This document shows, piece after piece, positions 1 through 12,002 of a stretch of DNA of 64,000 nucleotides. A program made the position numbers and the translations under genes. Position 1 is the stretch's first letter. Each line of letters opens with the position of its first letter. Source of the stretch: Raillietiella orientalis (Eukaryota); contig JAYWIR010000048.1 of NCBI GenBank assembly GCA_036172245.1, positions 1,240,001 to 1,304,000 on the forward strand, in the 5' to 3' direction. The notes beneath the pieces were generated by a model. The model was not told the origin of the DNA. It ran no database searches and saw only the letters and a list, made by a program, of their open reading frames with translations.

Positions 1-68
1 AAGGGTAAAAAAGGGCATCCCAGGACGCACTGCTGGCCCCCAAACCTCCTCCCCCCCCCTGTGCACGA

Positions 69-107
69 GCATCATCATCATCATCAGCAGCAGCAGCAGC
101 AGCATCA
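69..107. repeat. Compound (CAT)n(CAG)n microsatellite
   Basis: Read directly from the sequence. Confidence 0.9.
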
Positions 108-2272
108 TTTTTTGTTTTTGTTTTTGTTTTCTTTAAAGCGAAAAAAAAAAACCCCCATTGTGCTTAAATACCTTTCTATTTAGAAGGCGCGTTCCGTGTC
201 AGACCTCGTGGGAGAGGTCGGAAGAGACGCATGCCGAACGCCGCGCGGCGTGTACGAGAGTGTCGCCTCGGTACGTACGGAATCCGAAACGCCTGTCGGG
301 GCGTGGGGGATTTCCGGCTCCTCCTCGTGCGCCCACCCCCTGGACCGAACCAGGGCGGCCCCTCCACCACCTCTCCACGAGTGTACGCTGCGTGCGTACA
401 ACCCCGCGAACCGGCGGATTCCGACGTGCTCGCGGTTTCGAATTCGTGCCAAACCTCCGCCTGCTTCCGGGCAGTCCTTCCGTTGGCTCCTTGCGCACCC
501 GGGCTTTCCCCCTGTTCCCCCCTCCCCCTTCATCTTCTTCCTCCCTCCCCTTTCCCTTTGCGTATAGGCAAGGTCCCGAGGGTTTCCTTTTGGGAATTCG
601 TTTGCGGTTCGGCGGTCCGTGCAACGTGCGGCGTGTCGGTGATGTTCCGCTGCCGTTCACGGCACGCAAAGTGTTATCAGTTTCATCACTCGATGGCCGC
701 CGGCCGTGCCGTTTGCTGCTCCGGCTGGGGAGAGGTCTCCACTTTGAAACGTCCCAGAGATCATCCCCAGCCTTTTTCCTTCTTCTTCTCTGCCCTCCGT
801 TCTCTCTTCTCGTTGCCTGGCTACGCTTTGCGGTGCGCATGCGAACCGCACTGCTCCGTGAGATCATCTGCTCGCGCCGCTCCTTGCGGCCACCTTCCGG
901 CTCGTGCGCCCGGTGGTAGGAATGCGAGCTTTGCGTGTCAAAGGACCGAGGTCGCGTGCGCGTGTGTGGTGGTGGTGGCGGCTGCCGGCGAGCCCTTCCC
1001 TGAAACGCTGCAGTTTGCAGCCGCAACGCGGCAGCCCCTCTTTTGAACGGCGGACGCGGTGGCTCAGCGCACTCTGCCACACCTCGGTCGTGCCGCGTGC
1101 CGCCTTCAGGAGAACCCCCGACGAAGGCGCGCGCGCGGTTCCTTCCTCTGCAAAGCCAACACCCACCTCGACTTCCAAACCCTCGACCGATGCGCCTGAC
1201 CTTCTTGCTGCGGCCCCGATGGCCATCAACAGCCGCGTCCGGGTGTGCGAGTGTACAAGAGCAATCGGTTTCTTTGCGACACCGAGGCGCGCTTCCGAGG
1301 AGTGGGAAGGGGGTGGGGGGGGACGATGGCGAAAGGGGGTCACCGCACATCCCGCGATGTTTCCACCAAGTCCTCGCTCCCTCGTGATCCGCCAGTCCTC
1401 GTCTTCCAGGCAGAGTTTTGCCCAAGTGGGCACGGGGAGCGCATTTTCGTCAGAGCGGTTCCAAGCTGGCGCGAAAGCCTGCGGAAACACATCCGTGCTG
1501 CCCATGGTGGTCGCATGCGTGCTCCGTGGTGCACGGTGAGCACGCGTGCCCCCTCACAGTGATGGGGAAGCAGTGATTTTTCCCCCCCCGCCAGTGTACG
1601 CGTGCCGACCTCATGTACAAGACGCAAACCCCGCTTCGAAGACGCTGATGGACCGCTCGTGTGGGACTGACCGAAACGCACGCACGCGCACGCTGCGTGC
1701 CGACGACGTGATTCGCCCCTCCTCGTTTTCCAAGTTCGCTCCCGCCGAAAAGTGGTCCGTGCCACGGTTGGTCCTCCAAGGTCGCCATCGCGCCTTCGTG
1801 TCTGTTGGTTCCGCTCCTCCGGAGCGCTGCTGCCGCAGCCGGGGGGCCACTTCGCGCGCGGTTGCGCAGCCTCGGCCCCGATGCCAGCTGACGTCTGAAG
1901 CCCGTCCGAAGCCACGTGCCGGCCCCAGGAGGGCTGCCCCGTTTCTTGCGCCCTCTTCGGACGTGCACCCTTCGGGCTGCGTCCCGGAAAGAGACCCTGC
2001 GGGGGGGCTGCCGATCCGCTCGCGCCGTTTCTTCGGGTCGGATGCCGCTCCTGACGTTCGTCCCTCCGATTTGAAGAGCGACAGCAAAACCCAAAGAGTG
2101 GTTGGAAGGGCGGCTGCCGTTCGTTCTTGCCTGCTGTACACCCCTCCTCGCCCGGGGTCGCACACCCCCTTGCTCCGCCGCTGCTGGCGCGCGCGCGCGT
2201 CTCCTTCTCCCATGCCTCTGGCGCACGGACGCACTTTTTGCTTGGGTGCGTCCTCAACCCTTTCTTTTCTTT

Positions 2273-2306
<34 letters not shown>

Positions 2307-4992
2307 AAAGTAAAAACGGAAAACCAGGGGCAGCTGATTGGTGGCAGCACACTCCCGTCGGGGGCAGCTATCGCAATCGCAGGAAGACTTCTTGCGCTGC
2401 GAGGCCCTCTCCTCGGCGCGGTTCCGCCCTGCCCGCAGCACGGCACTTGGACCGAAACACCCCCGGGCACCCTTCCCTTCCCCGAACGCGGGGACTTGGT
2501 TTGCTTTCGTGGGTCGGGGGAGCAAAACACTGCAGCCTACCAGATAGGGCTCGCGCTTTCCGGAATCATTAACCTTTCACCAGCCGCCTCATCTGAACTT
2601 CCCGTGCGGCTGCAGATAAACTGCTGCCCTCGCCGAGGAATTATCGGAAGAGATTGGGAGCCACCGACGCCCGCCGCAGTTTTCGGGAAGATGGCGCCGT
2701 GATTCATTCACTCCCTCCCCGCCCGGCTTCCAGGAATCCCACACACGGGAGCACGGCGCATTCCGCGCGCACGGGGGAGCCATCCGTCCATGCGTACAGC
2801 TTCCTCCTCCTCCCCCTTCCTTCCTTTCCTCATTTTTTCTCTCTCTCTCTCTCTCTCCCCCCTCCCCCTCCCTCCCCGCCGTCTCGAGAAGAGATGCCTC
2901 GCAGCACGGAAGAGAGGCTGTTGCGGGGAAGCTAATTCGGGTATTTATGCATTTGGTACGATGCCACTCGGTATTGTCAAATGACTTGATGTCACTCCTT
3001 GTCTTGCGAGATGCAAAGGCAGGAAGAGGGAGCCGATGAAAATACATCCGTTCCCTCGCCGCGCCATCTGCCCTCCTCCCGAAGGCTGCGCGATCACGGC
3101 GGTGCGCACGGGGCGACCGCGGCAGCGGCGGAGAGGGGGGGGGGGGAGGGGAAACGAAAGTGGAAGGAATTCAAGGCTCGTGACGTCACGCCGAGGCGTT
3201 GCGGCGCTGCGTCGTCCGACGGCCGCGTGGCGGCGCGTCTGCCGCTTATCGACCCCGCGAACGTACGCGTCGCCGCCGCCGCCGTCGTCAAGCAGCTCCA
3301 GCTCCACCCCCCCCAATCTCTCCCGGCTCCCCTTTAGCAATGACTCGGCGGCCATCATCGACGACTTACTGACTCGCGCGCGCGGCCTCACTCGCCGGGG
3401 AAACTCTCTCTCCCGTTCCCCCCGGCAACTGCAGTGCGCGATCTGGCGGGAAGATAGCGCGGCCCGCATCCGTTCACCTCGGTGACGACAGCACAGCGGC
3501 GCGGCGACGCACCGCAGCTACGAAAAAGTACGTACGCGCAGGCATACAAAGGGGGAGGAGGGGGAGCGGTGACGATCGACCACGCGATTGGATGGCGCCG
3601 GCCGCCTATCGTCACCGCCGCGCGCGCCCCCTCCCCCTCGCTCTCTCGCGCGCGGCGTGCCCGCTCTTTGTTCCCCCCCCCCTCGAGTTCCGCAGGGAAG
3701 TGCGTTCCCCCCCCCCTCCCCCCGCCCCTCGTGTGTGTTCCCGGGGGTGTTTCGTCAGCCGCGCGCAGCCGGAGCTTTTCCCGGGCACGGTTCTCCGCGC
3801 GCGTCTCCAGTTTCGCCCGCTCGCCGCGCGCGCTCCTGCCTTCGTGGCGGCAACCGTGGGTGCGTGATGATGACCTTTCGCTGACTCTTCTCCGCGTGTG
3901 CTCCCACGTTTCGCTGTGGGCGCTGTGGCGTCCGTAGGTCGTTCGTTCGCGGGGACCGGCAGCTCTCGCGGTTTGAAAAAAAAAAGGAAAGGGGGGAAAA
4001 AAAAAACGGGAGAGAGGGGGGAAAAAGGAAGCTCTCCCGCGGTGTTCCCGGGCGCTCCCCGGGGGTCCGGGGTGCGCAGCCGCGGATTCGAGTGCTCGCC
4101 GCCGCCGCCAGGGGAGTCGGCGGTTCGTGTGTCCGCCTCTCGCCGCCCCGTCAGTAGCGGCAGCACCTTCGATCGCGCGCCATTTCCACCGCGTGTGTGC
4201 GTGCGCGTCCCAGCGGCGGGAGGGAGGCGGGCCAGAGGACGCATGGTGCGGTGGGGGTGGTGAGGTGCCCCCCACGACGCGCCACTGCAGCGCCGGCTGC
4301 CGGAAGTGCTCCAGCCACATCCGCTTCTTCCGTCACTTCCATCGGGCAGCGCCGCCCTACCCTCTCCTTTCCTGCCGCCCCTCCCCTCCCTCCACTTCCT
4401 CTGCTCTCTGAGTCGTCCGACCCGCGCGGTGAGACGCCCCGGCTTCCACTCCAGCCCGGCCCGACCGCGTGCTCCCGTCCGACCGGGCCGAGTGCCCCGT
4501 TCGATGCCCCTCCCCTCCCCCCCCTCCGAAGGCGCGTTCCCGACTGCAGCGTCTCGTTCCAGCAGCAGCGACGTGGGGCGGACGGACGCCTTTGGCCGGA
4601 AGGAGCTGCTCCTCGCCGGGGGCAGGGGGACCCCCGTGGGCGCCGTCCGCTGGTCCCATCGGAGGCCAGCCAGGTCTTGTCGTTACGGGCGAGTGAGCGG
4701 CGGCCGCCACGTCCCCTCCTGCCCGCTTCATCTCCGCCTTCGTGGGGCGGCTGGGGAGAGCAGTCGGGCACGGGGCCCCGGGCTGCGAATGCGCCCCCAC
4801 CCCGCGAATGCCTCCTGTCGGACGCAGGGAGCTCCACGCCTGCGCTCCCGCCCTTCCGCAAGGAGTGCCTGTCGTGCTGCCCGCTCTTTTCCCGCAGCTG
4901 CGGCGATCGCTCTCGTGCCCCCGGGGTGTCTCCGCGAAAGGGCGGGGTGGGGAGCCAAGTGCCCGGGAGTTCCCTCACGCGGCTCGTTGCAG

Positions 4993-7900
4993 GCGAAGGA
5001 AGGACCGCTTCCGGCGGACGAGCTGCTTCCCCGCGTCTCCCGAGAGATCCTGGAGGCGGAGGACTTGGTCCAGAGCCTGCGGAGGTTGCTGAGCGAGTGC
5101 GCTACCCGGCAGAGTTCCCTTGCGCGTGGGCAGCGCGCATCTCGGAGATGCCGAGACCGGGAAGAGGCGCTGTCCTACCTGAAGGCCCTGGCGGCTGCCC
5201 AGAGGTAGGTGGGGATGAGAGGTGGGGTGGGGGCGCCGGGTGCGATCTCCGCTCTCCTCCAGCGACCTCGACCTGCTCACCAACCGGGATCTTCTGCGGA
5301 GAATGCTGAAAAGGAAGCTGGAAGACGCCAAGGTGGGTCGAGGTCTCCCGAGGGGGAGGAGGGCGTCCCCCGTCTCCAGGGCAGACGGCGTACGTCCCTC
5401 TCCCAGTGGCGCGCGCCTTGGCTATCCCACGCAAGGGCCGGAATCGTCCCGCCGCCAGGAGTCGGCCGTCGCCCAGGTGCCTCTCATCCCCCCAGCTCGT
5501 CGGACGGGCGGCGGGAGAGCGTCTGGACGGACCCCCGCTCCCGCCCGGGGAGCGAAGGGGGCATCCGCAGCGCCGCCCCTTTGTCGGCGGTGCTGCGGCA
5601 GACCGCGCCCTGCCCTGGGACTGCCTCATGCCTTCCGCCCGCGAGCGCCTCCTTCGGCGGTGGGGGGGGGGACGTCTGGAGTCGCGGCGGCGGCGGGGCG
5701 ACGACCCCAGCGAGTCGCGGGCACCCCTTCGGCTCGCACCTCTCCCCAGCGAAGGTTCGCTCCCCCCGTTCCCGAGCGGCGCCGCGTCCAAGAATAGGCG
5801 GCCACATTTCATGTCGCAGACTGCTGGCACGGGTCCACGGGGCTTATAGCCCCGCCGTCGCGCCCTCGGGACACCAGCGAGCGGGGACCCGGCTCGCCTT
5901 CCTGGCTGCCGGGAGTCGCGAGAAGGCTGCGGGACGGGGGGTGGGGGGTGGCGGCGGAGGTGCTGCCTCTCGGGGGCGCTCGCGCGAACTCGGAAGGTCT
6001 CGAGCGGACGGAAACCGGGCGGGGGCGGGTGCGCTGCTCGCTCGCACGTCTCCGAGCTCGCCCTGGCGGTTGCGCGAGGTTTCCGGCAAGGGTGTGGTGC
6101 GCGCGCTCACCGCACCTTCTAGCGGCCGGTCGAGGAAATCCCGGGCTCTAGACCGGCCCGCGGCGCTGCCTGCTCCGAGAGCCACAGAAGGACGCGCGCG
6201 CGGCGATCTCCCCTTCCCCCTCTCTGCGTCATCTTCGCGGCCGTTCCATTCGGCCCTCCCTGCCCTCCCCGGGTGCGCCTCTCCCGCTGCTGGCGGGCAT
6301 CCCCGGCCGTCCAGGCCAACCGCCGTCCTCCCGCTGCGACTCGACGAAGGCGGGGAGCAGAGACCCTGACCCTCCGCCGCCGCGACGGAAGGTGGCGCCG
6401 GAACGCGTCCGCGCTTGCCCGCCCCCTCCCCCCCCCGCACCGGCAGTCTCTTCCCTGTCTTCTGGCTGAGGTCGAAGTGCAAGCGGCGGTCCGGCGCGCA
6501 GGCGGTGGACCGCTCGCGGCGGACGCTCGCGCTGCGCGCTTCCTCACCCACCTCTCGTTCTCAGCCTCCGCTCGCGTACCCATCCGAAGCCGGCACGCGT
6601 GCTAGGCGACGTAGTGGGGAGTCGGGGACCTCAGCGACGCGCAGCAGGCTAGGGAATAGGGGAGACCTCCATTTGAGAATCCCCCCTCTCCCCTAATGCA
6701 AGTAGCAGCCGCTATTTGTTTCTAAACGCAAAGATTATGGTTCGCTGGGGGGGAAGGGATGAAAATTTGCCGAGGCTCGAATGCCCGTTGCCCAGGTAAC
6801 TCCCGTTCTTTCTCCCGAAACGGCTCCTTCGGGAAGGGAGGCGCGCGCTCTCCGGACGGAATCTTTGGTGATCCAGCGCCTCCGGGAGAACACGAGGCCG
6901 GCGACGAGCGAGGGCGCCGCCCAGCAGCGGCGATGCCGGAGGAAGAACTGGGAGGAGATTTCCAAGGAGATCCTGTTTCCGGAGTTCCCGAGGAACGAGC
7001 AGTTCCTGGCGAAACTGCGTCAGAGGAACACGGAAGCGGCCAAGTACATCGGGAGGGCGTTTTCCGATCCCGCTTTCGACCGAGAGGGTCGCCGCCCGAG
7101 CGCCGGTCAGCCGCCCTCGTCCACCGCCGCCGCCCTGCGCCCGGAACCCCAGCCGCGCCGCCCGCCGGGCGACCGGGAGAAGCCCCGAGGGCCGTCGCTC
7201 GTCTGCTGCCGGTCGGCAAGGGAAACCACCGCCCCGGGGCACTGCCTGCGCGTCGACGTGCTCCCCTCCGTGGACATTCGACCCCCGATGGCGATGGACA
7301 CTCTTCCTGGAGTCAGCATATCCTCCCATGCCAAGCCGACCCAGCAGCCCAACGTTGCCATGCTGACGGAGAAGCACGGAGGTGAGAGAGAGTCGCGCGC
7401 ACCAAACACTTTTCAAGTCATCTTTCTACATCTGTTTGTGCAGATGCAGAAGCCTCGCATCGCAAAAGGAAAACATGCTCCGTCGGAGGAGATGCAGATG
7501 CGAATTCCTCCCCATCTGGCGGATGGTTATCCGAAACAGCTTGGGCACCGTCCCCTCTTCCAGAAAGCCTCCCGATGATCATTTCGAAGACAACTTTGCG
7601 TGAAAGGTAAGGGCCTTCCACTCCACCTATCGTCGTGCGTGGGGACCCAAAAACGAATACCGCGGCTGCTCGCTCTTATCCCATAAAAAAAAAAAAAAAA
7701 AAAAAAAAACTTGCTTTATTCGAGATTCTTTCTTTTCTTTTCTCTCTCTCTCTCTTTTTTTTTTTTTTTTTTTCTTACAATTTCCGCGCTTCTGAAGCTT
7801 TTCAGTGCTTTGTCAAGCACGACAGAAAAGGAGAGGAGGAAGAAAGGAAAAAATTTAATGTGGAGCTCTCCCTTCCCTTCTCCTCCTTTAAATTCACCAG

Positions 7901-9590
7901 ACCAAAACGAGCGGATTTTTTCTTGGATTCCCCTTTGGTTGTCGCACCTTCTTGTAGCCACGAGGAGTTCGTATGGATCGTTCTCTTCGATGGCTGGAAA
8001 AGTCCCGTTTTTCCCGGGGTTGTTTATTCGTTCTCGGAGGAGACTGGCACCTCTGCAAACGGAGTCGATGAAATCGAACCGGAGAACCTTTCCAAGAGAG
8101 AAATTCCCCCCCCCCCCCGCGCGCGCGCGCGCCCCTCCTCTCTTTCCTTCCTACTTCTTCTTCAGCCTGCGGAGCCGCGTAGGGTTCCCCAAAGCATAGC
8201 GTGAGATAACACGGCGTCCCCTCCCGTGCCTCTGATGTCGTCCGTTTGCATGCAGTGCAGCAATGAGGTCATTTTGTACCGGGAATGCAATTAATTTTTG
8301 AGAGGGAGAGGGGAAGGGAGAGAAGGGGAGAGAGAGAGGAAAAAGGAAAGAGCGACAAAAAACAAATTCCAGCAAGTTTCTGCTCATTTCCAAAGATTGC
8401 TGAATTCTGAATAGTCACGTGTATGCAGAAAAATGGCGGATTACTCGGATGACTTATCTCCTTTCATCTTCGCTGCTCCTTTCAGGTGATTTCTCCTATG
8501 ATGATTGCTTTACTGATTTCACGAACTGAGCGTTCCTGCACGGCCGGCCGGTTCCACGCCATTCCCGGGAATTCCCGCGTTTGCTTCCCGGAAGCAGCGG
8601 CCGAGCTCGGAACACGGGAAGTCGGGACGCAGGAGCTGGAGACGAGTTCCGCCTCGCCTCTGTCCGAGTCGCCCCCGCTGCCCGCCCCGTGCGTTCGAGA
8701 GCATCTCGGATGAAGATTTTTGTCCTGCCCAGAGGGCAGATCCGTTGAGGGTGCCGCGAGGAGTTCCCCCAACAAAAGTTGGGTGGGCGGGAAGCAGTAA
8801 AAAGAAGAAGAAGAAACTCCTTGGTGATTTTCAGCGTTACGATTGCCACGCAACCGCGTCTCCTTCGACTCCCTGCGACCCAAAGTCCGCTCCGTGCTTC
8901 GTTTAACTCTTTATCTGCATCGCACGTCGTCCGCCGCTTAGACTCATTCAAGATTTTTGCAGGACCGAAGAGGAACGCGCAAGCACGGGTGGTTCTTTGG
9001 CACGGAACTGCGAACCCGCGAGCAGAGCGGCAGAGAAGGAGGCACTGCCCAAGTCAGGTCGCTCTCTGCTGCAGGCCGTCGCCGAAGACCTGCTCCAGCA
9101 GGTTGTGCGGCAGGAGGTGCTGAAGTGCATCCTCGCGCAGAAGAGCGCCCCGGACGACGCGGTTGCCACCGAGGAACTCTACCCGGAAAGCCAGTGCTCC
9201 AGCGGGACTTCCGTGCACGGAGCAAACTTCGATTCCGATGCTTGCGAGGGAGGAGTGCGCAGCTCGCAGCATCCACCGGGGCGCGAGACCATCCGGCGGA
9301 GTGATCGGTTAAGGGACGGGCAAACGCGTCACGCTCCAGCCAGAACCCAAAAGCAAGACAAATCGACATTGACATCATTCTATTTTAAAGACTCAGCTGC
9401 GCAGACGTTGAGAAATTACGTTGGCAGTAATCAGTCCTTAAGTGTAGGTGAAGCTCAGCTCCCCGGTCCATCCTCGAAGAGCGAAGGGGAGATCACTCAT
9501 CCGGCCTTGAATCTGGAGAACATTTTGCAATTGCTGACGGATTCAGGTGAGCTCAACGTTGAAATTCCGTCATCAGTAGACCCCCCCTAG
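4993..9590 (+). CDS. Unidentified multi-exon protein-coding gene (5' and 3' ends unresolved); weak resemblance to centriolar TALPID3/KIAA0586
   Basis: Exons 4993-5204, 5263-5332, 6796-7381, 7444-7606 and 8963-9546/9590 join through GT-AG introns with consistent phases (2,0,1,2) into one open frame. It includes helical segments EILEAEDLVQSLRRLL...REEALSYLKALAAAQSDLDLLTNRDLLRRMLKRKLEDAK and LLQAVAEDLLQQVVRQEVLKCIL, plus SVGE/SEGE motifs. A candidate upstream exon lies at 3338-3481. The family guess is from memory only. Confidence 0.55.
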
Positions 9591-9772
9591 AGTACAGCAG
9601 CGAGGGAGAAATAAGGCCCACGACCGGGCGAGATGTGATCGGATAAATAAACTACCTGAAGCACCGTGGGGGGCCATGTCCACGTCAGCTGTCCAACTTG
9701 GTTATCTAATTCGTTGATGCAAATTAGAATGTATTTGCTGTAAAAAAAAATTTTTTTTTTTTCTTTTTGAAA

Positions 9773-9812
9773 AACAACAACAACAACAGCAGCAGCAGCA
9801 GCAGCAGCAGCA
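9773..9812. repeat. Compound (CAA)n(CAG)n microsatellite
   Basis: Read directly from the sequence. Confidence 0.9.
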
Positions 9813-12002
9813 CTCTATAAGTGTCTTGGAAGGAAAGGAAAAAGCAAAAAAAACAAGAGAAAAAAATGAAGGAAAAAAAAAGATGACCTGCATCACAAGG
9901 AAGATTGGAAAGTGGACGGAAACCATAGTAGTAGCGACACTTCTCTCGCAATTTGAATTTTGGATTCATCTCTGCAGTAACGCCTCTTCCACATTCTTTG
10001 TTTTTTTTTTTTCGTTTAGCAACAGTTACGTTCATACCGCCGCTTCTATTTTCCAAAAGAAGAAGAAGAAGAAGGCACCCAGTTGCACTCGACAAGGCGT
10101 GGGGCTTTCGTTATGCTTTCCGCCTCGTTTGGTCGCTGCCTCCATATGATGACCACTCGATTTCTGTTCTTCCTTTCGACAAGTCGGCGTTTCCTTTCGG
10201 AAGCGTCTCTCCGGGGTTCTCTTCAGAGGAGTGAGCAGCAGCGGTTCCCTTCGGAGAGGATGAAATGGAGCGCACCTCTTCCCCCCGTCCCTCCCCAGGC
10301 GTGAGAGGAACGGACTCTGAGTCCTTCCTGGACTCATAGGGCGGACCCCCCCTTCCAGGATGCCCCCTATCTTGAAGAATTACGCGCACCCTCCGCGAGG
10401 CACGCGACGGCTCTTTAGGTACTTAGCGAACCAAAAAAAAAAACTGGAAGGAAAAAACAGCGAAGACAGAAGAAGAAGAAGAAGAAGCCATTAAGAAGAT
10501 TTCCACCATCCTTTCTGGCTCGTTCTTCCAAGCACTTTGTGTCTGCCGTCTGGATGCTCTTCCGTTTGGACCACGTCCTCCGAGGATTTACAATTCAGCG
10601 TTTCCGGTTCCTGGGCGGTTTTCCACGAAGAGGGAGAACTGCTGGGCGCAAGAAAACACCGTCACGGAGATGCTTCGGTGATCGGTTCTGCTTTTGTTGC
10701 AAACGCTCTTTTTTCACCAATGGAAGAATTGATTTCGTTTGGCTGTTTGGATTTCCGTGGACCAAGCGTGGGTTGGTGCGCTGGCACGGCGGCTGCACCC
10801 GCGAAGCGTTGCCGGTCCCCACCCCTGTGCCCGCGACTGGCCCCACGAGGCCCCCAGGTTTCCCGATCTGGCCTCGCGACTCATGGGTTATGCTCCCACG
10901 CGGCAAACGTGAATGCCGTGGGCGGAACCGATGGGTCGGAAACGTACGTCTCTTGCGCCGGCCGTTCCCGGAACTTGCGGTCTGTGGGAAGCCCTCTGAA
11001 CACATCGGTTCGTCTTCCCGTGTGGGTTTTCAGTTCTGTGGGAAGTCCCCCCCGACGCGTGCAGGCGGGAGACGACGAGACCCAGTTCCCTACTTTCCGC
11101 TTGCAAGGAACTCCGCTGGCCGGAGGTGTGCGTGAAGTAGGGATGCCGTGTTCCTGCGTAGGATAGGAAGTCCTGCTGAGGCTTGGCCAGGTTTGATCGC
11201 CCCTCTTCGAAAGTACATGAGGAAGAAAAAAAAAAAAAAAATCTGCTTTCACCGTGCGCTTCATCGCAGATTCGTCTTGCAAAAGGGACAACCAATTCTG
11301 CGGTACGTCAAGGAAACCAAAGTGGTCGATTCGGGTTTATGCAATCTTCCATGTTTTTTAATCCATACAACAGAAAAAACGGAAAGTAGGGAACTGAATA
11401 AGGTTATTTATTGTTGCCAACTGCCGGAACATAATGGGTAATTTGAAACCTAATTTTCCATCATAAAATTCCAGCATAAGCATTAGTGACCACCTCCAAA
11501 TGTTTTGGTACTCCCCCTTTGTGTGTGTGTGTGTGAGTGTGTGCCATTGTTTCTGAGGGCAGAAGCCCCCTTCATACAAAAGTTGCAACCAGCAGGTATT
11601 CACGTACTTGATAACTTTTTTTTTTTTTTTTTTTAAACTATCAGGAGGTTATGAAACAGTCTATACCCAATCCAAGAGTCAATAGTGCCTCATTGAGTCT
11701 TACTGTCAAGCATTTTTCACAATCACGTTCCTGTTCCATCTAATCAACTAGGGGGTCATTTAAAAGTTGCCATTAGTGAGCATTTGAAAACCAAGTAAGT
11801 TTCTCTGTAATGCAAACGGGCTGCTAAATGCATGGTGACTTCTTTCACCTGTTAGGTATGAGAAGCGTAACGTACTTCATGCATCTACTTTCTTTTGTCC
11901 TGTAAGCTGTGACATGTCTGTTCTGGGTTTGCATGGTTTGTTTGTGTTGGGTAAGGTCACTGACATTCTGCTCCCTGTGCATTACCCTGATTGGAATGTC
12001 AG

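Noticed and set aside
8486..8713. Extra exon of the orphan gene after TTTCAG at 8486
   Set aside because: Splicing from 7606 gives an immediate stop, whereas 7606->8963 is in frame.
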